A DNA stretch of 64,000 nt, taken from contig VRVR01000057.1 in NCBI GenBank assembly GCA_009859145.1, positions 62,001 through 126,000 on the forward strand, written 5' to 3'. Below, piece after piece: positions 9,664 to 20,195 of the stretch. The notes below the pieces were generated by a model. That model worked only from the letters and a program-made list of their open reading frames with translations. It had not been told where the DNA came from and made no database searches. This DNA comes from Andalucia godoyi And28. Taxonomy: Eukaryota; Protista; Jakobida. The translations under genes and the position numbers were made by a program. Numbering within the stretch: the stretch's first letter is position 1; each line of letters opens with the position of its first letter.

Positions 9664-12600
9664 ATGCTTCTGTTCTTAATCCTTTCGTTTCTTGCACCGG
9701 TTGCTGTCCGTGCTGCAGGTACTAATTTCCTCACAAATCCTTCTTTTGAAAGTGCATCTACGTCCTATTTCTCCGTTCAAACCGTCACAGTCCGCACAAA
9801 CAGCAGGGCGTTTGCTGGGACGTGGTCAATGTCCGTCACCATTTCAAACAGTGCAGACAACAACGTTGGCGCTTGGCCGTCTCCAGCTATCACATCTCCT
9901 GGTGCATATATAATGTATGGGCACTTCTCTGCAGCTGCTAGCTCATCACTCATCGGCAAGACTGTGCAAATAGGGCCAGAAGGAGGAAACAGTTATACTT
10001 CCGGGGCGGTGGTTAGCCCGACAATTCAAGCAAACCAGTGGGTTCTTGCATCGAGAGTAATCGTGTACACATCCATAACAAATCTTGCATACTTGGTCTC
10101 GCGACTTGGTTATGACTTTGCAACGGACAGCGGAGAAGTTTTGTTCACAGATTCGTTTGGTTTTGAAGGTGCGTGTAACACAGGGTCTTATTTCGACACC
10201 GGTTTGTCGTCGTGCGTGAGTTGTCCTGCCGGGACGTACAGCACTACAAACACTGCGACGTCGTGTATTCCATGCGCGGCAGGTACGTATTCATCAGTAG
10301 TAGGTGCTTCTTCGTCAGCAGTGTGCACAACTTGCCCTGCAGGGACGTACGCAAATGGAGGGGCTGGATCGTGCACACAATGTTCAGCGGGAACGTATTC
10401 TGCAGCAACCGGCGCAACGTCCTCGGCGACGTGCACGTCCTGTCCAGCTGGAACGTATTCTGCAACAACCGGCGCAACATCCTCAGCGACCTGCGCGTCC
10501 TGTCCAGCCGGGACGTGGTCTTCAACGCCAGGCCTGGGCTCATTGTCGCTTTGCACGTCCTGTGCAGCTGGAACGTACTCTTCTGCAGCCGGCGCAACGT
10601 CCTCGGCGACGTGCACGTCCTGTCCAGCTGGAACGTATTCTGCAACAACCGGCGCAACATCCTCGGCGACGTGCACGTCCTGTCCAGCCGGGACGTGGTC
10701 TTCAACGCCAGGCCTGGGCTCATTGTCGCTTTGCACGTCCTGTGCAGCTGGAACGTACTCTTCTGCATTAGGGGCAACGTCCTCGGCGACGTGCACGTCC
10801 TGTGCAGCTGGAACGTATTCTGCAACAACCGGCGCAACATCCTCGGCGACGTGCACGTCCTGTCCAGCTGGAACGTGGTCTTCAACGCCAGGCCTGGGCT
10901 CATTGTCGCTTTGCACGTCCTGTGCAGCTGGAACGTATTCTGCAGCAACCGGCGCAACGTCCTCGGCGACGTGCACGTCCTGTCCAGCTGGAACGTGGTC
11001 GAGTTTTCCCAATGCCACTGGTTTCGAGACTTGCATTCCTTGTCCAGCTGGCTCATTTTCCTCGATTTCCGCTGCTACTTCATCTGCAAACTGCTCTCTC
11101 TGTCCTGCTGGAACATGGTCAGATGTACTTGGGGCAACCCTGCCGTCCGCGTGCATTCCGTGTCCTGCAGGACGATGGTCTTCGATCCTCGGAGCTGCAA
11201 ATGCTTCCGTTTGTAATTACTGCGCCCCCGGAACCTTCTCTTCGACAACTGCAGCTCTTTCTCCAGATTTCTGTTTGTTGTGCATCTCTGGTACGTTTTC
11301 CTCGGTCTGGGGTGCGAATTCTAGCGAGATGTGCGTTGCATGTCCTGCAGGGTCGTTTTCCGAAACTCCAGGTGCATCTTCTTCCTCCGCATGCGTGTCT
11401 TGCTCCATGGGACAATACTCTTCTTCTGTTGGGGCTAATTCATCTTCATCTTGCGTGAGCTGTCCAGCGGGGAGCTTTTCCAATACCTCGGGGGCAACAC
11501 AAGTGTCGGACTGTACTCTTTGTCCAAGGGGGACATTTTCGAACGTCACTGGGGGACAGTTTTTGTCAGTTTGCACCCCGTGTCGTAGGGGTACCTTCTC
11601 AAATCATACCGGGGCATTTGACTCGCATTTCTGTGTTCCATGTCCTGTCGGTTCCTTTTCGGAGACCGAGGGAGCGACAAACAGCAGTGCTTGCCTTCCT
11701 TGTGCAATCGGCTACTATTCGAGTGTCCTCGGCGCAGAATCCCGTGCTTCTTGCACACCATGCCCCTCAGGCACGTACTCAACAGTCCTCGCAGCGACCT
11801 CGACTGAATTCTGCACCGCGTGTCCAGCGGGGACGTTCTCAAATGTTTCTGGGTCGTCTAATCTTTCTGCATGCATCCCCTGTCCTCGAGGATCGTATTC
11901 CGTCGCTTTCGGGGCAAATGATTCACGCTCCTGCATCTCATGTCCGGCAGGGTCGTACACGACAGATGTTGGGTCAAGTTCTGCGTCCTCTTGTGTCCAC
12001 TGTCCTCCCGGACATGTTCTGGAATTTGAACTTGGTTCGGATTCGGCAACGTGCGTTCCTTGTCCTCTCGGCCACGAATCCAATGGCACGCACTGCTTCG
12101 CTTGCAGAGCCGGGCATTTCTCCAATGCTACAACGAATTTCATATGCACTCCGTGTCTGGCGGGGTCTGGACGAAGCCCAGCGGCAGACCGTTGTTTGGA
12201 CTGCGATGGTAGTCGGTACTCGAACAATGAAACGAGTAGTGTCTGTTCGTTTTGCCCGGCTGGCTATGAACCAACAATCTACAGAAACTCCTGCGCTCCG
12301 TGCTCTCCTGGGTACTACTCGAATTCGTCAACGAATTACCGTTGCGAACTCTGTGGTATTGGATTTGAATCGTCTCCAAATCTCCACAATTGTATCCGGT
12401 GCTCCGCTGGGCACTACTCAAATGCAACTACTGGGTTCGTTTGCGAGACATGCCTCCCAGGATACAGCTCTGTTGACGGAGTTGGACTTTGCAATATGTG
12501 TCCAGTTGGACAATTCAGCAATTCGTCGACAGGGTTCCGCTGCTTACCATGTCGCAATGGAACAGCACCGACTGAAAATCGATCTGAATGCAGCGTCTGC

Positions 12601-14613
12601 TTGGGTGGACAGTATTCTAGTGACGCGAGTTCGAACTTATGCGTTGATTGTCCAACTGGTACAACTCCTTTGAGTTCTCATTCTGCTTGTGCGCCCTGCG
12701 CGGTTGGCCATTTCTCAAACTCTTCGACAGGATACAACTGCCAACGCTGCGCCGATGGATATGAGCCTGTTGTGGATAAAAGTAGTTGCGTGCCATGCGG
12801 TGTGTCTCTTGTGTCTTCCAATCAGACTAACGGTGTCTGCACGCCGTGTCCCACTGGTTTCACGACAACAGGGTATGGACAGCGTGACTGCTCAACCTGC
12901 CTCCCTGGATATTACGGGAGCTCTTGTATTCGTTGCTTGCCCTGCGACCGTGGAATATGTGCTGATGGTCGGATGGGGAACGGATCTTGCATCTGCTCAG
13001 GAAACTTCAACGCAAGCTCTCGGTGCACGAATTGTAGCACCAACTTTTATCCAAAATCGAACTGCAGCGTGTATTGCGAGTCCTCGCAGACTTGCAGCAA
13101 CTCCGGATCTTGCAGCTGGGAAGGACTGTGCGTGTGCAATGCTGGTTATTCGTCGACAGACTGCTCTGTGAAGGTTGCTCCGGACGCATCCACTGTGGAT
13201 CCTCCTCCTGGTGCGGGTGCCATTATCGAACCGGTTGCGGTGGATACTGTAGGGAGGTATGGAGTCGTATCTGCAGCGCTATCAGGCCCTGCCATGGTGT
13301 TTCTCATCGGTAACATGGAACTGATCACCAGAATGTCTTATTTGAATCTGAAGTATCCAGTTTGGTATGTGCGATTTGCTGAGGGAATGATGATGCCTTT
13401 AGCGTCGTGGAGTTTTCCTTTTCTCAATGATGACATGCAACTTCCAATGGTGCTTGGATTTCCAGAAGAGTCTCTGGACCTCGAAGAGGACCCGAACGTG
13501 AAGATTGCGGCGATTGACCAACTGGGGACTTACAGAGCACTCGCCGCGGAAACCGCAATTATTTTCCTCTTCACTCTTACTGTCTTTGGCCTGGGCGATG
13601 TCGTGTCAAACACTCTCATTCGTCTTGTAGCGGAAGTCTTAGACAGAACGATGTGGAAGTTGCCAAAATCAGAAGCGGAAGATCGAAAGCTTCGAGCTCT
13701 GCTTTTGCACAAATGCGTGTTTACATCTTTTTACTTTATGCTTTGCTCGTCTTTCGTATTCCCTCTTTCTGTCGCAGTGATCAACCAGTTTTCATTGTTT
13801 TCGAAGAGCCGGCCGGTTGTGGAGCACGTGTTTGTTGGAGTATTTTACTTGGTCTTCATGGGATCATTTGTGGCGCTTTGGATTCCCGTTGCGAGATGGG
13901 TGCACGGACTTACTGGTGCGCCTTTGCAGAGTGCTTTTGCATTTTCCGCGTTTCAGCAGTGCAGATGGTGGTTTCCGTTCTTTATGTTGACCCTGTCTAT
14001 TCTGGATGCAATTCTAGTGGCCCCTGGCACCCTCCTTTCTGCGAATGTTCAGTTTTTTCTGGTGATGACGCTGTCTTGCGTTCGATTCACCGCACTTGCA
14101 CTGCTACGTCCACAGCACGACAAGAAAGACCTGGTCGTTGATATGCTGGCTTGCTTGTCGGATCTAGTGCAACTTGTGCTGCTCTCTTTTGGGAGAAATG
14201 CAACGGAAAGATCGGATTCGACATTGCTTGGCGAACGAATGGTCATGATTGCGACGTGGCAGATGATTACTGTTTTAATAATTGCGCTTGCAGCGATACT
14301 GCAGGTTCTCAGCGCTGTCATGCGCTTTGTTCTCCGAGTAATACTCCTGTTGTTCTCCAGTCGTCGTCGCTCCGCAAACCGGGAGGGCCGCAAAGATGGT
14401 CCCGCAGTCAGAGCCACCCAGCGGACATCGCTCAACCATCTCCCATCTCTTTTCCCCCCCGGAGAAGATGTGCTCCGGGCCGGTGCGATAAATCCTCTCT
14501 CGCGTTTTGCCCGTTCTCTCACGCGGATGCCCAAGCCCTCTTTGTTGCCCTCTTCTTCTTCTTCTTCTTCTTCTTCTTCTTCTTCTTCTTCTTCTTCTTC
14601 TTCTTCTTCTTCT

Positions 14614-14648
<35 letters not shown>

Positions 14649-14814
14649 GTCCTTTGACCAACCTTACATGCCAGTGGATCATCGCCGGATGTTACCCACT
14701 CTGAGGCCGATTCAGCCTCGAGCTCAGCATCCGCTGGATCGCTTTCTTCTCAACATTCGGCAACCATTTCGATCGGAAACCGAAAGTCATCCGCCCGCAC
14801 ATCCCGAAGTGTAG
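9664..14814 (+). CDS. Large Cys-rich cell-surface/membrane protein: signal peptide, CBM4/9-like domain, GCC2/GCC3 (ephrin-receptor-like) CxxCPAGTYS repeats, EGF-like domains, multi-pass TM region
   Basis: MLLFLILSFLAPVAVRA is a signal peptide (ATG 9664; the track starts at GTG 9604). It is followed by NFLTNPSFE, more than 40 CxxC repeats, CVCNAGYSSTDC (EGF) and about 8 or more hydrophobic segments, with poly-Ser/poly-Ala near the C-terminus. Confidence 0.85.
10381..11000 (+). repeat. Coding tandem repeat, 60-bp monomer organised as a 180-bp higher-order unit
   Basis: The 60-nt lines at 10501, 10681 and 10861 are near-identical, as are those at 10441, 10621 and 10801. Confidence 0.9.
14551..14646 (+). 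repeat. (TCT)23(GCT)9 coding trinucleotide tracts (poly-Ser, poly-Ala)
   Basis: Directly visible in frame in the 9664-14814 CDS. Confidence 0.9.
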
Positions 14815-15174
14815 TTGGTTGCCGTCCATCAAGAGCAAGAAAAGAGCATTAATGTCGCGTATATAAATGTACATACGTATCTTTTTATATTTTTCAGTAC
14901 TCACTGTTGTTGCCCGTTTTGTCTGCGATGTCCTTTCGATCCTCCAGATTCCAGTAAATTCAGTGCTGTTTGTCGTCGGCACTGTCCTAGTCGCCTGGAC
15001 CATGAGACTTTGGAGACTGATCTTCTCTCTCCACACTGCCTGTAGGCTGTGTTGTCTGCTGCAGCATCCAAGAATCGGAAAACCTGGTATCTAAGCGGGT
15101 TTTCTCCCTCCTTTTTTTTTTTTCTTTTTTTGCGAGTTTGTGGCAGAGCGTCAACACTGACGTCGCTGCAGTAC

Positions 15175-17130
15175 ATGACGAGCATTCTTGACGCGCTGTC
15201 TCCCCGCCTGCGTGAGACACTAGCTGCTTCGTCCGTGCTAGTGATTGGAACCGGGGGAATTGGCTGTGAGCTCTTGAAAAACCTTGTGAAATCAGGTTTT
15301 GGTCACATAGAGGCACTCGATCTGGATGTCATCGATGTGTCGAATCTGAACAGACAATTCCTGTTTCGGCGGTCTCATGTCGGAATGCCAAAATCACGCG
15401 TCGCCTGTGAGGCTGCTCGGAACATGGCGGCATCCAACACCAGCATTGTCGTGAAGTCTCATGTCGGTCCGTTGCAGAATCCCACATTCTCAGATCCAAC
15501 GTTTTTGCTGAAGTATGACATGGTGCTCAATGCTCTGGATAACATTGAGGCTCGAAAACATGCAAATCGCCTCTGTGCAGCCCTTGGAATTCCAGTTATC
15601 GAGTCCGGAACAGCTGGGTTTCTTGGCCAGACGCAGCCAATGATATATCCGCGATCAAAGGCACAACTGCTGTCAGGCGAGCCGTACACGCCTGCTCCTG
15701 GGTTTGAGTGCTTTGAATGCGTCCCAAAAGGCGCAGCGCAGAAATCATTTCCGGTGTGCGTTTTGAAGGCAAATCCGTCAAAAATGGTTCATTGTGCACA
15801 TTGGGCATTGGCGACTTTGAACGGATTTTTCTCGACGCCAAACAACCCAGTCCTCAAAGCACTTGCTGATCCTGAATTCAGCGCGGGAAATTCGTCCAAG
15901 GTGTCTAGTGACGTTGGAGGGAATGCAGAGAACGAGGACGAATGGGTCACATGGAGACCGCCGTTGATCAACACATCTTCCGATGAGGAACTGGCCATGG
16001 ATCTCGGACGTCAGCTGTTTGATCGGGATATCCGCAAACTGGTGGAACTGACGGAAATACAGGCGAAGAAAGATCCAGGAAAAGAAACTCGCTGGGCACA
16101 GGGCTTGCCTCCGCGGCCGCTCTTCGTGGATGGGTTCGGCAACTTCCCATCCGATGTTGCGAAGAGAGAGTGGCAGTCCTTTGTCAGAGCCTGTTCTCGA
16201 CTACTTTCTGTAGCCAGAACCGGGTCTCTGTCCTTTTTTGATAAGGATGACGAGACTTCAATGGAATGGGTGGCCGCTGCCTCCAACTTGCGCGCTATCG
16301 TTTTTCATTTGCCGCCCGAGTCCCACTTTGCGATCAAAGGAATTGCAGGAAACATCATTCCTGCGGTTGCCTCTGCAAACGCCATTGTGGCTGGTGCCAT
16401 GGTCATGGAAGCTTTGAAAATGCTTGCGAGTCAAACGCTGCAAAGTACAGGGATAACGACGAGCAGACTTGTCGCTTGTGTTCGTACGCCGGCTACGTTC
16501 AAACGCAAGCCGTGCGTGCTTGTTCCCTCGCGTCCTGGTCCGGTGAACAAAAGCTGCGTTGTTTGCCAAAGAGGATCTGTTGTCTTGATGGCAGATCTAG
16601 GCAAGATGACTTTGGGGGCGTTTGTGGAAAAGGTGTGCAAACAGACTTGTGGCTTCAATGTTCCAATGGTATCCACCGAAAGATCGATTATTTATGACGC
16701 ATTCGACGTTGAAGATGACGAGGACAGCGAAACGGCACAGCGCAAGTCGCTCTTGTCCTGGGGAATTCACGCAGGCTCGTTTATGGTGATTGAAGACGGC
16801 GATGCACCCGAAAAGGTACTCCAGGTACTCTGCGGCCACACAACCGATCCTTGCGACGGTGAATTCCGCATCGTTGGAAATGTAACCTGCGAGCTTGCTC
16901 GTTCTGCAGATTGGAGACAAGCTGTTCTGCAGTGTCGCAAAAATGAACTGCTGAAACAGGAGCGGGAAGCAGAGGCCAGACGACGCAGAATCGCCGATGC
17001 TTCTTCCGTGGATTTGACGCTCGACCAGTCCACAGTCAACGGATCGTGTCTTGATCTCTCCGATGACGTTGCAATGACTGCTTCAGCCTCGGGTCCGAGT
17101 CGAAAACGAGATCGCGCGGATGTAGAGTAA
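15175..17130 (+). CDS. UBA2: SUMO-activating enzyme subunit 2 (E1)
   Basis: VLVIGTGGIGCELLKNL, DLDVIDVSNLNRQFLFR, ALDNIEARKHANRLC, catalytic region SFPVC...MVHC, IAGNIIPAVASANAIVAG, Zn CVVC. Likely ATG at 15175 (the track extends to 15049). Confidence 0.93.
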   Translation: MTSILDALSPRLRETLAASSVLVIGTGGIGCELLKNLVKSGFGHIEALDLDVIDVSNLNRQFLFRRSHVGMPKSRVACEAARNMAASNTSIVVKSHVGPLQNPTFSDPTFLLKYDMVLNALDNIEARKHANRLCAALGIPVIESGTAGFLGQTQPMIYPRSKAQLLSGEPYTPAPGFECFECVPKGAAQKSFPVCVLKANPSKMVHCAHWALATLNGFFSTPNNPVLKALADPEFSAGNSSKVSSDVGGNAENEDEWVTWRPPLINTSSDEELAMDLGRQLFDRDIRKLVELTEIQAKKDPGKETRWAQGLPPRPLFVDGFGNFPSDVAKREWQSFVRACSRLLSVARTGSLSFFDKDDETSMEWVAAASNLRAIVFHLPPESHFAIKGIAGNIIPAVASANAIVAGAMVMEALKMLASQTLQSTGITTSRLVACVRTPATFKRKPCVLVPSRPGPVNKSCVVCQRGSVVLMADLGKMTLGAFVEKVCKQTCGFNVPMVSTERSIIYDAFDVEDDEDSETAQRKSLLSWGIHAGSFMVIEDGDAPEKVLQVLCGHTTDPCDGEFRIVGNVTCELARSADWRQAVLQCRKNELLKQEREAEARRRRIADASSVDLTLDQSTVNGSCLDLSDDVAMTASASGPSRKRDRADVE

Positions 17131-17210
17131 GTACTGCCTGTTGATGCTGATGATAATTGAAAACGCGTGTGATACCGGTGAGATTGGTCATGCTTTGCTT
17201 ATCGAAACCG

Positions 17211-17687
17211 TCACGAATGCTTTGCGCGTTTGATTGTAAAATATTGCCTAAGAAGTGCCGCTGATTCGTCGCTGCATATACCCCCTGAAATCTCCTTGAC
17301 ATGCGAATATACTCCGTGAGGTGCCAGAGAAGCTTGCGCCGCAGAAAAGAACCCAAACTTTGTGTTTGCGCAGCCATACACAATGCGAGAAACCCGAGCA
17401 AGCTGTGCAGCGCCAACGCACATTACGCACGGTTCCACCGACACATATAGCGTGCATCCGCTCAGACGACCACAGAGGGATCGCACAGCAAGAGCCCTCC
17501 TAATGGATTCGATCTCTGCGTGGCCAAGAGGATCAGCTTGGTTTTGCCCCGTAGAAATTACGCGGTGATTCGAATCTACAACCAATGCGCCAATAGGAAC
17601 GTTGCCCCGACACAAGCTTCTGTGCGCAAGTGCGAGGCACGCACCGATAAAGTGCGTGTCTATCGCGCGCAGCCCTTCGTCAAGCAA
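17211..17687 (-). CDS. ADAT2: tRNA-specific adenosine deaminase catalytic subunit (TadA/ADAT2-like); start uncertain
   Basis: VPIGALVV, HAEI, LYVSVEPCVMC, RIVYGCAN.KFG. There is no in-frame ATG before the catalytic motifs (the track start is TTG). Confidence 0.8.
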   Translation of the reverse strand: MLDEGLRAIDTHFIGACLALAHRSLCRGNVPIGALVVDSNHRVISTGQNQADPLGHAEIESIRRALAVRSLCGRLSGCTLYVSVEPCVMCVGAAQLARVSRIVYGCANTKFGFFSAAQASLAPHGVYSHVKEISGGICSDESAALLRQYFTIKRAKHS

Positions 17688-18055
17688 CGTTTTTTGTTCG
17701 TTTTGTTTTGTTTTTGTTTTTGTTTTTGTTTTTTGGCCAAAGGATCCCCTTGTGCTGATGCGGGATGTCAGCGATCAGAAAAGAGACACGGAAACCCGTT
17801 TCCTGTTTTCCTTTTTCTCTTTTGCTCGGATGGGTTTTTTTCCTTTCGACTGTATAGCGAGAGCAACCTCAAACGCTGTCTTTTGAGTCTTCCGCATTGC
17901 TTAGTCTGCGATGTGATGATGAGTGACGATGGCTGGTGTGTGAGAAGCTGTCTGCAAAACAAAAAAACAAAACAGAAAGCAAGGCAGCAGGGAAAGTGCC
18001 GAAGAAAGGGAAAGAGCCGAAGAAGAGAAACGAAAGCAAAAGCAAGGTCGGTTGA

Positions 18056-19156
18056 ATGCGTGTTGCGGTGATTGGTTGTGTTCATGGTCAGTGGAGCGAT
18101 ATATCGTGTTCTTTGACCGAGTATGAGCGCACTGCATCTGCAAAGATTGATCTGGTTTTACTCTGTGGTGATTTGCAGTCAGTTCGAAACGACCGTGACT
18201 TGGCGTCCGTGCATGTAAAGCCAAAGTACCGAACTCCGGGGTCATTCTCCAACGTTGTCTCAGGGGTGCTTCCGTGGCCGTGGTTCACAGTTGCGATCGG
18301 TGGGAATCACGAGGCATCAGCATTTTTGTCACAGCTTCCTTTTGGCGGCTGGATTGCAGAACATGTGTGGTACTTGGGCCATGGGTCCGCCATTCGTCTT
18401 TCCAACGGCCTCGTCATTGCTGGAATTTCGGGAATAGAGTCAATTCACACGCGACATGCGCTGCAGAGCCGCTCGTTGCAGCCGCAGGATCAGTCTGATG
18501 TTGCGGCGACGGCCACAGAAGCCGCATCGGAAGCACGGCTGCTTCCGTATCACATTCGTTATGGAACCGTCCAATGTGTGGCTGCCTGTGGTCCGGGGAT
18601 AGTTGATGTTTGCTTGTCGCATGATTGGCCGCGATGCATGATCCCTCATTGTCCAAAGTCTTATCTACGTGAGGACCCCGATGCCGGTTCTACTTTGCTT
18701 GATGCTGCGTTCGCCGCGCTGCAGTCAAAGTACTGGTTCTGCGCACACCATCATGTGAAATGCGCCGTGGTTCATGAACACGTTCCAAACGAAGGAGCCG
18801 ACCGGAAATCGCCATTCACGCGATTCCTTGCGCTCGACAAGATCTTACCTGGGCGTCAGTTCATGCAAGTACTGGACTTTCCAGATTTCTCATTTCCGGA
18901 AAATGTAAATGATGTTTCTGTTAGCTTGTTCGGTCCGTGGGTGCAGGCCGTTAAGAATCGGGTTGCAGGTCGAATGAAGGGCTTGCAAGATGTGGACATG
19001 TCGCGCGAGGACTGGGCTCAGACCTCTTCTGTGCTCACGGACATTTCTCTGGCGTCTGTGCTGCATACCTGGTCACCTCGTGATCAAACGTCTTTTATTC
19101 GGGATTTGTTGGGAGTACCCTCATTTCCAGCTCCACTGCCCGTTCCCAGCCTCTAG
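18056..19156 (+). CDS. DBR1: RNA lariat debranching enzyme
   Basis: MRVAVIGCVHG, LLCGDLQSVRN, IGGNHEAS, SHDWP, WFCAHHH, TRFLALDK. Confidence 0.92.
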   Translation: MRVAVIGCVHGQWSDISCSLTEYERTASAKIDLVLLCGDLQSVRNDRDLASVHVKPKYRTPGSFSNVVSGVLPWPWFTVAIGGNHEASAFLSQLPFGGWIAEHVWYLGHGSAIRLSNGLVIAGISGIESIHTRHALQSRSLQPQDQSDVAATATEAASEARLLPYHIRYGTVQCVAACGPGIVDVCLSHDWPRCMIPHCPKSYLREDPDAGSTLLDAAFAALQSKYWFCAHHHVKCAVVHEHVPNEGADRKSPFTRFLALDKILPGRQFMQVLDFPDFSFPENVNDVSVSLFGPWVQAVKNRVAGRMKGLQDVDMSREDWAQTSSVLTDISLASVLHTWSPRDQTSFIRDLLGVPSFPAPLPVPSL

Positions 19157-19372
19157 CGTTGTGATCCACCAACATCCGTTCTTTCCGGTCTGCGAGTTTC
19201 CTTTCCCTTTTGCCGCAGGATTGTACTTTATGAATGCTAATTCGTACAAAATGTGTTTATATGTTGAAGTATCCGGTTTTTTCCTTCCATCCCTCCTCCC
19301 ACGGCTTGAGCGCGTTCTCTATCTTTATGCTTGTTGCTGTCTCGGTGGAATTGCTGCGACTTCCAAGGTCGA

Positions 19373-19486
19373 CACCTACACTGTACACGCACAGCATGGG
19401 CGAATCTTTGCTGACCATCCTCCATACGCGGTCTTGCATCGGAAACCCAGTGTGAAATCATTTCAACTCAGAAAGGGGGGTAGGCC
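19373..19486 (-). ncRNA. Putative Fanzor omega-RNA scaffold (E2)
   Basis: Starts GGCCTACCCCCCTT immediately after the ORF stop and ends GTGTACAGTGTAGGTG. GCCTAC can pair with GTAGGT. Internal TGAAA/TTTCA stem. Confidence 0.55.
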
Positions 19487-19980
19487 TCAGTGCGTCGAAG
19501 CGTTCTTCCAATAGATACCTACTGCGCGCGCAACATTCCAATCTCGCTCCAGAGGTGCCGGACAACACAACCCACGCGCTTCGCAGGCTGCAAACACTTT
19601 GCTTCCGCCTCGACGTGCATGGATCTCACCGCAGCGCCCGCACGGTTTTGACGTGTACTCCGCACCGAGCCACTTTCTCAGCGTGACACGTGGTCTCTTA
19701 GTAGGGCTGCGGGACCTAGGAGGCCCTGCATCGAGCGGCGTAGGCGTAGGCGTAGGCGAATGCGTCATCCCAGCGCACTCACGCCCATATTTGAATTAAA
19801 AAAGTGAAACCAACAAATGATCGAATAGATGGCTACGGATGTCGCGTTAAAGAGCGTCGAAAATGCGGAGCGTGTGTCACCGGGTGAATTTTGGTCGAGC
19901 GTGCGTAAGCACGAATTCTTGTGAAGCAAACGTGCTAGTGTCGGCCAGTATCGACCGTGTCTGTTTATGCATCATACTTC
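19373..19980 (-). mobile_element. Internally deleted Fanzor2/TnpB element, copy E2
   Basis: ORF 19487-19768 reads ...TLRKWLGAEYTSKPCGRCGEIHARRGGSKVF...ERDWNVAR. The 94-nt core is about 96% identical to E3 (4 mismatches). The 5' block 19910-19980 matches 52633-52700. The 3' module is GGCCTACCCCCC...GTGTACAGTGTAGGTG, as in E1. Confidence 0.85.
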
Positions 19981-20195
19981 GACGGTTGCATTGCGTGGTT
20001 TTGTCTCCATGGATCCAATCCATACCCGTTTCTCATTTCATCATTTCTGCACTCGGATGGCTTATTATTCTTCTTCTCCTTCTTTTTCTTTTCTTTTCTT
20101 TTTCTTTTCCCCCAATTTTTTTTTGGCAGTTTTATTATTTTTTTTCTTATTTTTTCTTCTGTTATACGTGTGTTGTCGTTTGGTCCTTCAGCAGC

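Noticed and set aside
10381-11000. Regular 60-bp periodicity as a possible CRISPR array
   Set aside because: Contiguous in-frame coding repeats with no unique spacers, in a eukaryotic gene with no cas genes
10188-12227. Long antisense and alternate-frame ORFs over the Cys-rich repeats
   Set aside because: Shadow ORFs caused by the repeat periodicity of the real plus-strand gene
19863-20195. 5' extension of the SPEF2 ORF in the track
   Set aside because: Non-ATG start, T-rich UTR-like sequence, and overlap with the upstream block of element E2
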